Positions 1-12,333 of a DNA stretch of 62,092 bases are shown piece after piece. The number at the start of each line of letters is the position of its first letter. Within the stretch, counting starts at the first letter, position 1. Source of the DNA: Zetaproteobacteria bacterium. Its GTDB lineage: Bacteria; Pseudomonadota; Zetaproteobacteria; Mariprofundales; J009. The position numbers and the translations under genes were made by a program. Location of the stretch: assembly GCA_003696765.1 (NCBI GenBank), contig RFFX01000040.1:1-62092 (forward strand), read 5' to 3'. Below the pieces are notes generated by a model. That model had not been told where the DNA came from and did not search any database. It saw nothing but the letters and a program-made list of their open reading frames with translations.

Positions 1-3
1 CCC

Positions 4-402
4 TCACCCATCGAGCACCACCTCGAAGCGGATGCGCTGCCAGGGGTCGCGGGATTGGCGCAGCTCGACGATGCGGGCCGAGAGCTGTGCCCCGCGGTCC
101 AACATTTGCGCCACCGCCGTGTTCTCCATTCTCGGGACGTAGCCCAGCTTGCGGCCACGCCACTCCACCCGCACGGCACGCGCATCGAACGGATTGTCCG
201 GCTCACGGACCAGCGCCAGCGGCGCGCCGATACGCAGGTGCTCAAAGCAGCGCGCGCCGTCGTGGTATTGGAACCCGGCCAGCGGCGATTGCTGGATGCG
301 CACTCCGCCCGTCGTCTGCGCGGTTTTGATTCCGCCGAGGCTGATCCAAGGCAGGGTGGCCGCACCGCGCAGCAGGAGGGAGAAGAAGGTTCGTCGGTTC
401 AT
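4..402 (-). CDS. HIRAN-like domain protein with twin-arginine (Tat)-like N-terminal signal
   Basis: ORF 4..519. Preferred start is the internal ATG at 402, preceded by GGGAGG. N-terminus MNRRTFFSLLLRGAATL has an RR-x-FF motif. It is followed by GFQYHDG...REPDNPFDARAVRV...LGYVPR, which I recognise as HIRAN-like. High GC3. Confidence 0.55.
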   Translation of the reverse strand: MNRRTFFSLLLRGAATLPWISLGGIKTAQTTGGVRIQQSPLAGFQYHDGARCFEHLRIGAPLALVREPDNPFDARAVRVEWRGRKLGYVPRMENTAVAQMLDRGAQLSARIVELRQSRDPWQRIRFEVVLDG

Positions 403-553
403 GGTGCCTCCCGGGGTGGTGTTTTCTTCGTCACCCGGCGCATGCTGGGGGGTGAAAGGCTCAAAACATGATCCCCGGTTGTATTCGCCACTGAACCGGG
501 CCGCAAGGCGTTCGTTCATGGTCGCGGATGCCGGCTTTTTGCGGGGCTGTCAT

Positions 554-1513
554 TCAATCATACTGCGCGGCGGCGGCGCGCAGCCGCTCGGCGACGGCGC
601 GGCGCAGCGCTTCGGGCGAGACCACCTCCACATCCGGCCCGAGCCGGCAGATGTCGAGGATCAGTTCGGTCGGATCGTGGTAGGGGAGGAGCAATTCGAG
701 CCGGCCATCCTCCAGCCATCGCTGCTCCTGCGCCGGATGCCAGATCTCGTCGGCAACCCAGCGGGCGCGCAGGGCGGTGAAGCGCAGATGGGCAGTCGCC
801 TCGGCCGTGCCTGCGAAGATGCCGTAGGCGGATGCGAAGTGGTGATCCAGCCTTTCGTCGTCGATCTCCACCGGCGGCTGTTTCAGCTTCTCCACCCGGG
901 TGATGCGCTCGATGGCGAAGCTGCGCAATGCGCCGCGCAGGTGGCAGAAGGCGTCGAGGTACCAGTTGTCCCGGTAGTAGACCAGCCGCTGGGGCGAGAC
1001 CTCACGCTGGAGGGTCGCATCGTCGCTGCGGGCGTGGTAGGTGATGCGCAGCCGGGTGCGGGAGAGCACCGCGCCGGCCACGGCCGGGAATCGTGGCAGA
1101 TTGCGGGCGCGCGGCATCATGGTCAGCAGCCGGATCCGTCCGATCTCCCGTTCCGCACCGGGGGCGGCCCGCTGCAGCAGGGTGTCGATGCGCCGGCGGA
1201 TCGGCCGCAGCGGCTCGTCGAGCAGGCCGGGACGCAGTTCGCGCAGCAGCTTCTGGATGGTGAGCAGCGCGGCCAACTCGTCGGCGTTGAACCACATCCC
1301 CGGCAGCTCGAAGCGTTGGGTCGGGTCGTAGCGCCAGCCTCGGCCGCGGACGTTGTAGATCGGGGCGCCGAAGAGGTCGCGCATGGTGCGGATGAGCCGC
1401 TTGACGGTGGCCGGGCTGCACTCCATCTCATCGCACAGCGTCCCCATCGAGACCGGATGGCGCCGGGCGCGGAAGATGTGGTGCAGGTCGTAGATGCGGT
1501 CGAGCTTGTCCAT
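554..1513 (-). CDS. WYL-domain transcriptional regulator (YafY/PafBC-like HTH-WYL architecture)
   Basis: ORF 554..1570. ATG at 1513 lies behind AGGAGG. N-terminal HTH (GTLCDEMECSPATVKRLIRTMRD) and central YRDNWYLDAFCHLRGALRSFAIERI (WYL motif). Confidence 0.8.
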   Translation of the reverse strand: MDKLDRIYDLHHIFRARRHPVSMGTLCDEMECSPATVKRLIRTMRDLFGAPIYNVRGRGWRYDPTQRFELPGMWFNADELAALLTIQKLLRELRPGLLDEPLRPIRRRIDTLLQRAAPGAEREIGRIRLLTMMPRARNLPRFPAVAGAVLSRTRLRITYHARSDDATLQREVSPQRLVYYRDNWYLDAFCHLRGALRSFAIERITRVEKLKQPPVEIDDERLDHHFASAYGIFAGTAEATAHLRFTALRARWVADEIWHPAQEQRWLEDGRLELLLPYHDPTELILDICRLGPDVEVVSPEALRRAVAERLRAAAAQYD

Positions 1514-1551
1514 GGCTCCTCCTGCAACCCCCTGTTGGACGAATGGTAATT

Positions 1552-1631
1552 GTTGCGTGTTGCAGTGCAAATCGGGACGGCCGGGGCGGAGGCGATTGAC
1601 GCGCCGGCCCGTTGCACTATGCTGCGTTGCA
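1552..1631. promoter_or_regulatory. cluster of four GTTGC[AG] hexamers including palindrome TTGCAGTGCAA, a candidate operator
   Basis: GTTGCG 1552, GTTGCA 1559 (part of the TTGCAgTGCAA palindrome, 1560-1570), GTTGCA 1611 and GTTGCA 1626. All sit in the divergent WYL-regulator/ppk spacer. Confidence 0.3.
1596..1623 (+). promoter_or_regulatory. candidate sigma70-type promoter of ppk
   Basis: TTGACG (1596-1601), a 16-nt spacer, then TATGCT (1618-1623). These are rare AT-containing hexamers in GC-rich DNA. They lie about 35 nt upstream of the TTG 1657 start. Confidence 0.35.
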
Positions 1632-1656
1632 ATCGGTTCGACGAAGGAGCAAGCCC

Positions 1657-3741
1657 TTGGCCCGGCACGACGGCGACGATCTGACCAACAGCGCCTACTA
1701 CATCAACCGTGACCTGAGCATGCTGGAGTTCCACCGCCGGGTCTACGAGCTGGCCGCCGATCCCTCCATCCCGCTGCTCGAGCGGCTGCGCTTTCTCTGC
1801 ATCAGCAGCTCCAACCTGGACGAGTTCTTCGAGGTGCGGGTGGCGATCATCAAACACCGCCTCTCCATCGGATCGACCCGCACCGGCGCCGACGGTCTGC
1901 GGGCCACCGAGCTCCTGGCGGCGATCCGCGACAAGGTGGAGCGGCTGGTCGCCGACCAGTACCGCCTGCTCAACGATACGCTGCTGCCGGCGCTGGAGGC
2001 GGAGGGGGTTCGGGTCATCCGGCGCGGAGAGTGGAGCGATGCCCAGCGTGACTGGATCCGCGGCTTCTTCCGGCGGGAGTTGTTGCCGCTGTTGACGCCG
2101 ATCGGCCTGGATCCCGCCCATCCTTTCCCCATGCTGGTGAACAAGGTGCTCAGCTTCATCGTCGAGTTGGACGGTTGCGACGCCTTCGGCCGCCAGACCC
2201 ACTTCGGCGTGGTGCAGGCCCCCCGGGTGTTGCCGCGGCTGATCCGCCTGCCGGCGGAGCTGGTGGAGTGCGCCGACGGCTTCGTGCTGCTCTCCTCGAT
2301 CATCCATGCCCATGTCGGGGAGCTCTTCCCCGGGCTGAAGGTGAAGAGCTGCCATCAGTTCCGGGTGACGCGCAACGCCGAGCTGCTCGTCGACGAGGAC
2401 GAGGTGGAGGATCTGAAGAGTGCGCTCGCCTGTGAGCTGCGCGACCGCCGCTTCAGCCAGGCGGTGCGGCTGGAGGTGTCGACCAAGTGCAAACCGGAGC
2501 TGGCCCGCTTCCTGCTGCGGCAGTTCGAGCTGGAGGAGCAGGATCTCTATTTCGTCGACGGGCTGGTCAACCTCTCCCGGTTGGAGACCATCTACGAGGA
2601 GGTGGACCGTCCCGATCTGAAGTATCCCCGCTTCGAGCAGGGGATGCCCGAGGCGATGCACGGCGGTGAGGTCGACATGTTCGCTCTGCTGCGCAAGGGC
2701 GACCAGCTGCTGCACCACCCCTTCCAGAGCTTCCGGCCGGTGGTCGATTTCCTCCGTCAGGCGGCGACCGACCCCGATGTGCTGGCGATCAAGCAGACCC
2801 TCTACCGGGTGGTGCCGGACAGCCCGATCGTCGAGGCGCTGGTCAAGGCGGCGCTCTCCGGCAAGCAGGTGGTGGCGGTGATCGAGCTGCGCGCCCGCTT
2901 CAACGAGGAGGACAACATCGCGCTGGCCAACCGCCTCTCCAAGGCGGGGGTGCAGGTGGTCTACGGTGTGGTCGGCTACAAGACCCACGGCAAGATGCTG
3001 CTGGTGGTCCGGCGCGAGGGGCGGCAAATCCGGCGTTATGTCCATCTCGGCACCGGCAACTACCACTCGATCACCACCCGCTACTACACCGACATCGGCA
3101 TCCTCAGCGCCAATCCCGACCTGGGCGAGGATGTGCACCACCTCTTCCAGCAGTTGACCGGCATGGGCAAGGCGACGCGCATGAAGCGGCTGCTGCAGGC
3201 CCCCTTCACCCTCCACAGCGGCCTGATCGAGCGGATCAATCTGGAGGCGGCCAACGCCCAGGACGGCGGCAAGGCGCGGATCATCGCCAAGATGAACGGA
3301 CTGGAGGAGCCGGAGATCATCCGTGCCCTCTACCGGGCCTCGCAGGCCGGGGTGGAGATCGATCTGATCGTGCGCGGCATCTGCTGCCTCCGTCCGGGGA
3401 TCAAGGGGGTCTCGGAGAACATCCGCGTCCGCTCGGTGTTGGGGCGCTTCCTCGAACACACCCGCATCTTCTACTTCTACAACGGCGGCAGGCCGGAGCT
3501 GCTCTGCGCCAGCGCCGACTGGATGATCCGCAACCTGCTGCGCCGGGTGGAGAGCTGCTTTCCCATCTACGACCGCAAGATGGCCCGCCAGTTGATCCAC
3601 GACGGCCTGCGCCTCTACCTGCAGGACAACTGCGGCTCCTGGCGGCTGCGTGAGGATGGCAGCTACCACCGGGTGCAGGCACGCAAGAAGCGGCGCAGCG
3701 CCCAGGAGATCCTGATGCGCAAGTTCGGCCGGCTGGGCTAG
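1657..3741 (+). CDS. ppk: polyphosphate kinase 1
   Basis: ORF from 1612. Motifs YYINRDLSMLEFHRRV, GYKTHGKMLLV and FLEHTRIFYF are typical of PPK1. The likely start is TTG 1657, 7 nt after GAAGGAG and downstream of a sigma70-like promoter. Confidence 0.93.
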   Translation: MARHDGDDLTNSAYYINRDLSMLEFHRRVYELAADPSIPLLERLRFLCISSSNLDEFFEVRVAIIKHRLSIGSTRTGADGLRATELLAAIRDKVERLVADQYRLLNDTLLPALEAEGVRVIRRGEWSDAQRDWIRGFFRRELLPLLTPIGLDPAHPFPMLVNKVLSFIVELDGCDAFGRQTHFGVVQAPRVLPRLIRLPAELVECADGFVLLSSIIHAHVGELFPGLKVKSCHQFRVTRNAELLVDEDEVEDLKSALACELRDRRFSQAVRLEVSTKCKPELARFLLRQFELEEQDLYFVDGLVNLSRLETIYEEVDRPDLKYPRFEQGMPEAMHGGEVDMFALLRKGDQLLHHPFQSFRPVVDFLRQAATDPDVLAIKQTLYRVVPDSPIVEALVKAALSGKQVVAVIELRARFNEEDNIALANRLSKAGVQVVYGVVGYKTHGKMLLVVRREGRQIRRYVHLGTGNYHSITTRYYTDIGILSANPDLGEDVHHLFQQLTGMGKATRMKRLLQAPFTLHSGLIERINLEAANAQDGGKARIIAKMNGLEEPEIIRALYRASQAGVEIDLIVRGICCLRPGIKGVSENIRVRSVLGRFLEHTRIFYFYNGGRPELLCASADWMIRNLLRRVESCFPIYDRKMARQLIHDGLRLYLQDNCGSWRLREDGSYHRVQARKKRRSAQEILMRKFGRLG

Positions 3742-3902
3742 GGCGGCGCGCGCCCGCCCCGCTCCGGGGCCGGGCAGCGGCCGGTCGTTTGCACCGCCGC
3801 CGCTGATCGTTTCACAATCGATGCGCCGATCGCTACCATGCACCACCCTGTTGCGGCGGGGGCGCCGGTTCGCCCGATCTCTTACGGAAGGTTTGCATCA
3901 TC

Positions 3903-6457
<2,555 letters not shown>

Positions 6458-6461
<4 letters not shown>

Positions 6462-7747
6462 TCGATCGCGGCGCGCTGCGGGGTGATGCCGCGCGGTTGG
6501 AGCAGGCGTTGGCCCGGCGCGATCCGGCGCTGGTCGCCGAGGGCTCGCCCTGGCGGAGGGCGCTGGCACTCGACGGGGTTCAGCGGGCGCACAAACGGCG
6601 GGCCGAGGCGCTGCAGGCCGAGCGCAACCGGGTCTCCCGGGAGATCGGCCGGAAGAAGCGGGCCGGCATGGAAGCATCCGAGGAGCTGGCCCGGATGGCC
6701 GAGGTGGCCGGGGCGATCAAACAGGCCGAGGCCGAGGCGCGGGCGGCGGAGGCGGAGTTCGCCGCGCTGCTGCTGGAGATCCCCAATCCACTGCACCAGT
6801 CGGTGCCCGACGGGGTCGACGAGTCGGATAACGTGGAGTTGCGCCGCTGGGGGGTGCCGCGCGGCGATGTGGTCCCCCCCCATTGGGAGATCGCACCGGC
6901 GTTGCTCGACTTCGATGCCGCCGCGCGCCTTGCCGGCAGCCGCTTTTCGGTGCTGCGCGGCCCGCTGGCCCGGCTGGAGCGGGCGTTGATCCAGTTCATG
7001 CTCGACCTGCACACCACGCGCCATGGCTACGAGGAGGTCTGGGTGCCGGCGATCGTCAACCGCGAGACGATGACCGGCACCGGCCAGTTGCCCAAGTTCG
7101 AGGAGGATCTCTACCGCCTGGCTGATGAGGGGCTCTACCTGATCCCGACCGCCGAGGTTCCGGTGACCAACCTCTACCGCGATCAGGTGCTCGATGGCGA
7201 ACGGTTGCCGATCCGCCACTGCGCCTGGACGCCATGCTTCCGTCGGGAGGCGGGCTCCGCCGGCAAGGATGTGCGCGGTCTGATCCGCCAGCACCAGTTC
7301 GACAAGGTGGAGTTGGTGCAGCTCATCGAGCCGTCGGAGGCGCTCGACCGGCTGGACGAGCTGACCGGCCACGCCGAGGCGGTACTGCAGGCGCTTGAGC
7401 TGCCGTACCGGGTGGTGGCGCTCTGTGCCGGGGATGTCGGCTTCTCGGCGGAGAAGACCTTCGATCTGGAGGTGTGGTTGCCGGGGCAGCAGGCCTTCCG
7501 CGAGATCTCCTCCTGCTCTTCCTTCGGTCAGTTTCAGGGGCGGCGGGCGCGGATCCGCTACCGCCCCTCCGCCGGCGCTCGGCCGGAGCCGGTGGCGACG
7601 CTCAACGGTTCCGGGTTGGCCGTCGGCCGTACCCTGGTGGCGCTGCTCGAGAACGGCTGGCAGCCGGACGGCTCGGTGCGGCTGCCGGAGGTGCTGCACT
7701 CCTACATGGGCGGCATGGAACGGCTGCCGGCGGAGGTGTTGCGGTGA
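6458..7747 (+). CDS. serS: seryl-tRNA synthetase
   Basis: 429 aa. Class II motifs [25 protein letters not shown] and [20 protein letters not shown] overlap with the gyrA stop. Confidence 0.96.
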
Positions 7748-9282
7748 ACCGCTACTATGTCACGACGCCGATCTACTATGTCAACGACACCCCCCATCTG
7801 GGCCACCTCTACACCACGGTGGCCGCCGACGTGCTCGCCCGCCACATGCGGATGTGTGGTCGCGACACCTTCTTCCTCACCGGGGTCGACGAGCATGGGC
7901 TGAAGGTGCAGCAGGCGGCGGAGGCGCGCGGGGTGGCGCCGATCGCGCTGGCCGACGAGGTGGTGGCGCGCTACCGCGATCTCTGGCCCCGTTTCGCCAT
8001 CTCCAACGACGATTTCATCCGCACCAGCTCCGAACGCCACAAGGCGGCGGTGGCGGCGATGTGGCGTCGGCTGGCCGAACGCGGTGCGCTGTACAAGGGG
8101 ATGTACGAGGACTGGTACTGCGTGCCGTGCGAGACCTACTGGACCGAGACGCAGCTGATGGAGCACGGCGATGACGGCCGCTGTCCCGACTGCAACCGGC
8201 CGGTGGAGCGGGTGCGGGAGGAGTCGTGGTTCTTCCGGCTGAGCGACTACCAGCAACGGCTGCTCGACCACTACGACAGCCATCCCGACTTCATCGCCCC
8301 GGAGGTGCGACGCAACGAGGTGCGCAGCTTCGTCGCCGGCGGGCTGAACGACTTGTCGGTCTCGCGCACCACCTTCGACTGGGGCGTGCCGGTGCCCGAC
8401 GATGCGGGCCATGTGGTCTATGTCTGGATCGATGCGCTGACCAACTACCTCTCGGCGCTGGGCTTCCCCGACGAGCAGAGCGAGCGGATGCGCTTCTGGC
8501 CCGCCTCGGTCCACCTGATCGGCAAGGACATCCTCCGCTTCCACGCCGTCTACTGGCCGGCGATGTTGATGGCCGCCGAGCTGCCGCTGCCCGAGCGGAT
8601 CTTCGCCCACGGCTGGTGGACGGTCGACGGCGAGAAGATGAGCAAGTCCAAGGGCAATGCGCTGGCCCCCGAGAAGATGCTCGATCGTGCCGACGCCGAT
8701 GTGTTGCGCTACTTCCTGTTGCGTGAGGTTCCCTTCGGCCAGGACGGAGACTTCTCGTTCGCGGCGCTTACGCGGCGCTACAACAGCGAGCTGGCCAACG
8801 ATCTGGGCAACATGCTCAACCGTTCGCTCTCCATGCTGCACAAGTACCGCGGCGGCGTGATGCCGGAGGTGCGGCGGGAGGAGGAGGCCGATCGTGCATG
8901 GATCGCCGACATCGAGGGGATGCAGCGCGAGGTGGATGAACTGATGGTGCGACAGGCGTTTCATCTGGCGCTGGAGCGGATCCATCAGGTGGTGCGCCAC
9001 GGCAACCGCTACGTCGAGGAGAATGCGCCGTGGACACTGGCCAGGTCGGGCGACGATGCGCGGCTGGATTGCGTGCTCTACCATCTGATCGAGGGGCTGC
9101 GGCTGGTGGTGTTGCAGCTCTCCCCGTTCATGCCGGGCAAGTGCGCCGAGATGATGCGGCAGATCATGGGGGATGGTGCCCCCCTACCGCCGATGACCCT
9201 GGCGGAACAGGGGGGATGGGGGTTGCTCTCCCCCGGCCACACCTGCGCCAGGCCGAGGCCGGTCTTCCCCCGGATGGAGTAA
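7744..9282 (+). CDS. metG: methionyl-tRNA synthetase
   Basis: The conserved part of ORF 7474..9282 starts at GTG 7744 (GTGA overlap with the serS stop). HLGH and KMSKS motifs, plus the CVPC...CPDC zinc knuckle. Confidence 0.95.
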   Translation: MNRYYVTTPIYYVNDTPHLGHLYTTVAADVLARHMRMCGRDTFFLTGVDEHGLKVQQAAEARGVAPIALADEVVARYRDLWPRFAISNDDFIRTSSERHKAAVAAMWRRLAERGALYKGMYEDWYCVPCETYWTETQLMEHGDDGRCPDCNRPVERVREESWFFRLSDYQQRLLDHYDSHPDFIAPEVRRNEVRSFVAGGLNDLSVSRTTFDWGVPVPDDAGHVVYVWIDALTNYLSALGFPDEQSERMRFWPASVHLIGKDILRFHAVYWPAMLMAAELPLPERIFAHGWWTVDGEKMSKSKGNALAPEKMLDRADADVLRYFLLREVPFGQDGDFSFAALTRRYNSELANDLGNMLNRSLSMLHKYRGGVMPEVRREEEADRAWIADIEGMQREVDELMVRQAFHLALERIHQVVRHGNRYVEENAPWTLARSGDDARLDCVLYHLIEGLRLVVLQLSPFMPGKCAEMMRQIMGDGAPLPPMTLAEQGGWGLLSPGHTCARPRPVFPRME

Positions 9283-9292
9283 CGGGCAGGCC

Positions 9293-9802
9293 TTGACGCC
9301 GAAGAAGCTGCTGGCCCGCTACTTCCCCGACCCCGAGTCGGTGCGGAACCACAAGCATCTGCGCTGCTTCGGCACCCTGCTGGCCAACCCCGGGCTGTGG
9401 CACGTCAACCGCTGTTCGGTGGCACGGGCCTTCGCCGTCGGGGTCTTCTGCGCCTTCATTCCCGTTCCGTTCCAGATGGTCCTGGCCGCCGGCGGGGCGA
9501 TCCTTTTCCACTGCAACATCCCCATCGCCGTGGCGCTGGTCTGGCTGACCAACCCGATCACCATGCCGCCGGTCTTCTACTTCTGCTATCGGGTGGGGGC
9601 GTGGCTGCTCGGCCTGCCGGCATCGGAACTCCCCTTCGAGGCCAATCTCGATTGGCTGGTGCATAGCATGATGCAGGCGTGGCAGCCCTTCCTGCTCGGA
9701 TGCCTGATTTGTGGTATTGTTTTTGCTTTGCTATCCTGGTGTGCCATCCACATCGCCTGGCGGGCGATGGTGGCACACAAGTGGAAGCGAAGGAGAGGTT
9801 GA
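9293..9802 (+). CDS. DUF2062-family membrane protein
   Basis: 169 aa, TTG start. ARAFAVGVFCAFIPVPFQMVLAAGGAILF...WLTNPITMPPVFYFCYRVG resembles DUF2062. Hydrophobic segments. Confidence 0.6.
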   Translation: MTPKKLLARYFPDPESVRNHKHLRCFGTLLANPGLWHVNRCSVARAFAVGVFCAFIPVPFQMVLAAGGAILFHCNIPIAVALVWLTNPITMPPVFYFCYRVGAWLLGLPASELPFEANLDWLVHSMMQAWQPFLLGCLICGIVFALLSWCAIHIAWRAMVAHKWKRRRG

Positions 9803-10710
9803 TGTTCATCACACAAACCCGGCAGCGCAACGTCTGGTCGTTCATCGTCGATGCCATCTCCGAGGCGGTGGGGGAGCCGTTCGTCATCCGGCAGCGGATG
9901 AAGGTGAGCGGCGGGAGCATCTGCTCCACCTTCAAGGTGGACGACGGCACCACCGCCTATCTGGTCAAGCTCCATCGAGCCGAGGCGCTCTGGGCCTTCG
10001 AGGCGGAACGCGCCGGGCTCGACCTGCTGCGGGCGGCGAGCGGCGCGCTGCGGGTGCCCGAGGTGGTCTGCACCGGCAGTGCACAGGATCGCTCCTGGCT
10101 GGTGCTGGAGTTCATCACGCTGCGTCCGGTGACCGATGAGAGCGCCGCCCGGCTGGGGGTGGCGCTGGCCGAGGTGCATCGCAAACTGGGGCCGCACTAC
10201 GGTTGGGATCGGGACAACGCCATCGGCTCCTCACGCCAGGTCAATACCCCCGACGATCGGTGGGCCAGTTTCTTTCGCGAGCAGCGTCTGGCCCGGCAGT
10301 TGAAGATGGCCGAGGAGAACCGCCTCGATATCGCGCTGTTGCGCAAGGGAGAGCTGGTGCTGGAGGCGTGCGACCGGATGCTGGAGGGGCATCAGCCCAA
10401 GCCGTCGCTGCTCCACGGCGATCTCTGGAGCGGCAATCTGGCGGTGGACGGCGAGGGCCGGGCGGTGTTGTTCGATCCGGCGGTCTACTACGGCGATCGC
10501 GAGTGCGATCTGGCCATGACCCGCCTCTTCGGCGGGGTGCCGGACTCCTTCCTGCGCGCCTACCACGACACCTGGCCGATCGACCACGGCTTCGAGCAGC
10601 GGCTCCACCTCTACAACCTCTACCACCTGCTCAACCACGCCAACATGTTCGGCGGCGGCTACGTCCGGCAGGCGGAGAAGGCGATGGACCGTATCCTGAT
10701 GTCGGTCTAG
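9802..10710 (+). CDS. fructosamine/ketosamine kinase family protein
   Basis: ATG 9802 overlaps the upstream TGA by 1 nt. LLHGDLWSGN and FDPAVYYGDRECDLAM are kinase-fold motifs of this family. Confidence 0.8.
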   Translation: MFITQTRQRNVWSFIVDAISEAVGEPFVIRQRMKVSGGSICSTFKVDDGTTAYLVKLHRAEALWAFEAERAGLDLLRAASGALRVPEVVCTGSAQDRSWLVLEFITLRPVTDESAARLGVALAEVHRKLGPHYGWDRDNAIGSSRQVNTPDDRWASFFREQRLARQLKMAEENRLDIALLRKGELVLEACDRMLEGHQPKPSLLHGDLWSGNLAVDGEGRAVLFDPAVYYGDRECDLAMTRLFGGVPDSFLRAYHDTWPIDHGFEQRLHLYNLYHLLNHANMFGGGYVRQAEKAMDRILMSV

Positions 10711-10713
10711 GCG

Positions 10714-11001
10714 GTGCCGACGGTCACCTTCCTCCCCTCCGGACGCAAGATCGAGGTCGCCAAGGGGGCCCGGCTGCTGCAGGCGGCGCTCGATCACGGC
10801 ATCGAGATCCCCCACTCCTGCGGCGGCAACCTGGCCTGTACCACCTGCCATGTGATCGTGCGCAAGGGCAACTGGTGGCTGCCGGGGCCGAGCCCGGACG
10901 AGGAGGAGCTGCTCGATGCGGTGGTCGATGTGCAATCCAACTCCCGCCTCGCCTGCCAGGTGGAGGTGACACGCAACATCACCGTGGAGATCCCCTCCTG
11001 A
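10714..11001 (+). CDS. [2Fe-2S] ferredoxin (adrenodoxin/Fdx type)
   Basis: 95 aa, GTG start. Cysteine pattern CGGNLACTTCH...LACQV. Confidence 0.8.
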   Translation: MPTVTFLPSGRKIEVAKGARLLQAALDHGIEIPHSCGGNLACTTCHVIVRKGNWWLPGPSPDEEELLDAVVDVQSNSRLACQVEVTRNITVEIPS

Positions 11002-11051
11002 CCGGGGTGATGGCGGCGGCGCTGCCGCCGCAAGGGCGCTGAGTCTGGCTC

Positions 11052-12119
11052 TTGCCGATCCTCTTTCGCTGGCAGTTCCTCACGCTCTCGATGCGGCTGT
11101 TGCTGGTCCAGGCGGCGCTGCTCTCCCTCTTCGTGGTGATCGAGGCGTTCGACAAGTCGCGCCTGCTCGGCCACCACGGCATGACCGTTCCGGTGCTGGT
11201 GGAGTATATCCTGCTCAAGGCGCCGATGATGGTGGCGGAGTTCATGCCGCTGACCCTGTTGATCGCCTCGGTGGTCCATCTGCTGCTGATGGCCCGCCAC
11301 CGCGAGCTGGTGGCGCTCCACGCCGGCGGTCTGGGGCTGGCCAAGGTGGCGTTGCCGATGGCGGCGGTGGCGCTGGCCGGCATGGGGGTGATGGTGCTGC
11401 TCGACGAATGGGTGACGCCGGTGACCAACGTGCGGCTCAACTACATCGAGCGGGTCCATGTCCACGGCCGCGAGCCGGAGGAGGGGAGGCGGATGCACTG
11501 GTACCGCGACGGCAACCGCTTCTTCCGGATGGCGCCGCGCGGCGATGGGTCGATGCGCCTGCTGGTGATCGAGACCGACGGCGCCGGACGGTGGCGGCGG
11601 CGGATCGACGCAGGCCGTGCGCGCTACCGGGAGGGTGTGTGGCGGATGCGTGACGTGGTGATCAGCGCGCCTGATGCGCACGATGGTGTGACGGTGACCC
11701 GACTCGACGCCATGGAGCTCCCCGCCGGCAACGGCGGGCCGCAACTGCGCCGGCCGTGGCCCAACGAGATGAACAGCCTGGAGCTGTTCCGCTTCGCCCG
11801 GCGGCTCGATGCACTCGGGCTGGAGAGCGAGGGGTACCGCTACGCGCTCCATCGGCGGATCGCCCACCCCTGCTCCTGCCTGGTGATGGCGGTGGTGGCG
11901 CTCGCCTTCTGCGGCCGGCCACGGAGCGGCCGTGGGGTGGGGGAGTACCGTGCGTCGTTGGGGGCGCTGTGCTTCGGCCTGCTGCTCTACATCAGCGGCA
12001 ACGCCGTCTCCATGCTGGCGGGCGGGGGGCGGCTGCCGCCGGCCTTCGCCGCCTGGTTGCCCGATCTGCTCTTCGGAGGTCTGGCGGTGTTCCTGCTGTT
12101 GCAGCGGATGGAGGATTGA
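11052..12119 (+). CDS. LptF/LptG-family (YjgP/YjgQ) permease
   Basis: 355 aa, TTG start. N- and C-terminal hydrophobic helices flank a large soluble middle region, as in Lpt permeases. Confidence 0.7.
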   Translation: MPILFRWQFLTLSMRLLLVQAALLSLFVVIEAFDKSRLLGHHGMTVPVLVEYILLKAPMMVAEFMPLTLLIASVVHLLLMARHRELVALHAGGLGLAKVALPMAAVALAGMGVMVLLDEWVTPVTNVRLNYIERVHVHGREPEEGRRMHWYRDGNRFFRMAPRGDGSMRLLVIETDGAGRWRRRIDAGRARYREGVWRMRDVVISAPDAHDGVTVTRLDAMELPAGNGGPQLRRPWPNEMNSLELFRFARRLDALGLESEGYRYALHRRIAHPCSCLVMAVVALAFCGRPRSGRGVGEYRASLGALCFGLLLYISGNAVSMLAGGGRLPPAFAAWLPDLLFGGLAVFLLLQRMED

Positions 12120-12125
12120 ATCGGA

Positions 12126-12169
12126 ACACGTCCACGGACGGACGCGGACGGTTTTTTGCGATTCGATCG
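12126..12169 (+). repeat. FDTGH repeat family, partial copy (degenerate H module)
   Basis: ACGTCCACGGACGGACG...TTTTTTGCGATTCGATCG, 3' of the Lpt permease gene. Confidence 0.6.
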
Positions 12170-12333
12170 TGGGGACCGCCTCTGCAAGAGGGGGGATGAG
12201 GGCGCAGCCGGACCCGGTGGCGTACGCCGGCCCCGATGCCGCCGCGAAGAAGGCCCAGCCCGGATCGTGTTCGGGCGGGAATCGGGAGGGGCGGTGCGCT
12301 TCGGGTGCTCCTACGCCCCCCGCGAAGCGGTCG

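Noticed and set aside
1123-3846. 907-aa ORF on the minus strand
   Set aside because: It is entirely antisense to the well-supported ppk gene. Its composition is Arg/Ala/Gly/Pro-rich, as is typical of shadow frames in GC-rich DNA, and no motif is recognisable.
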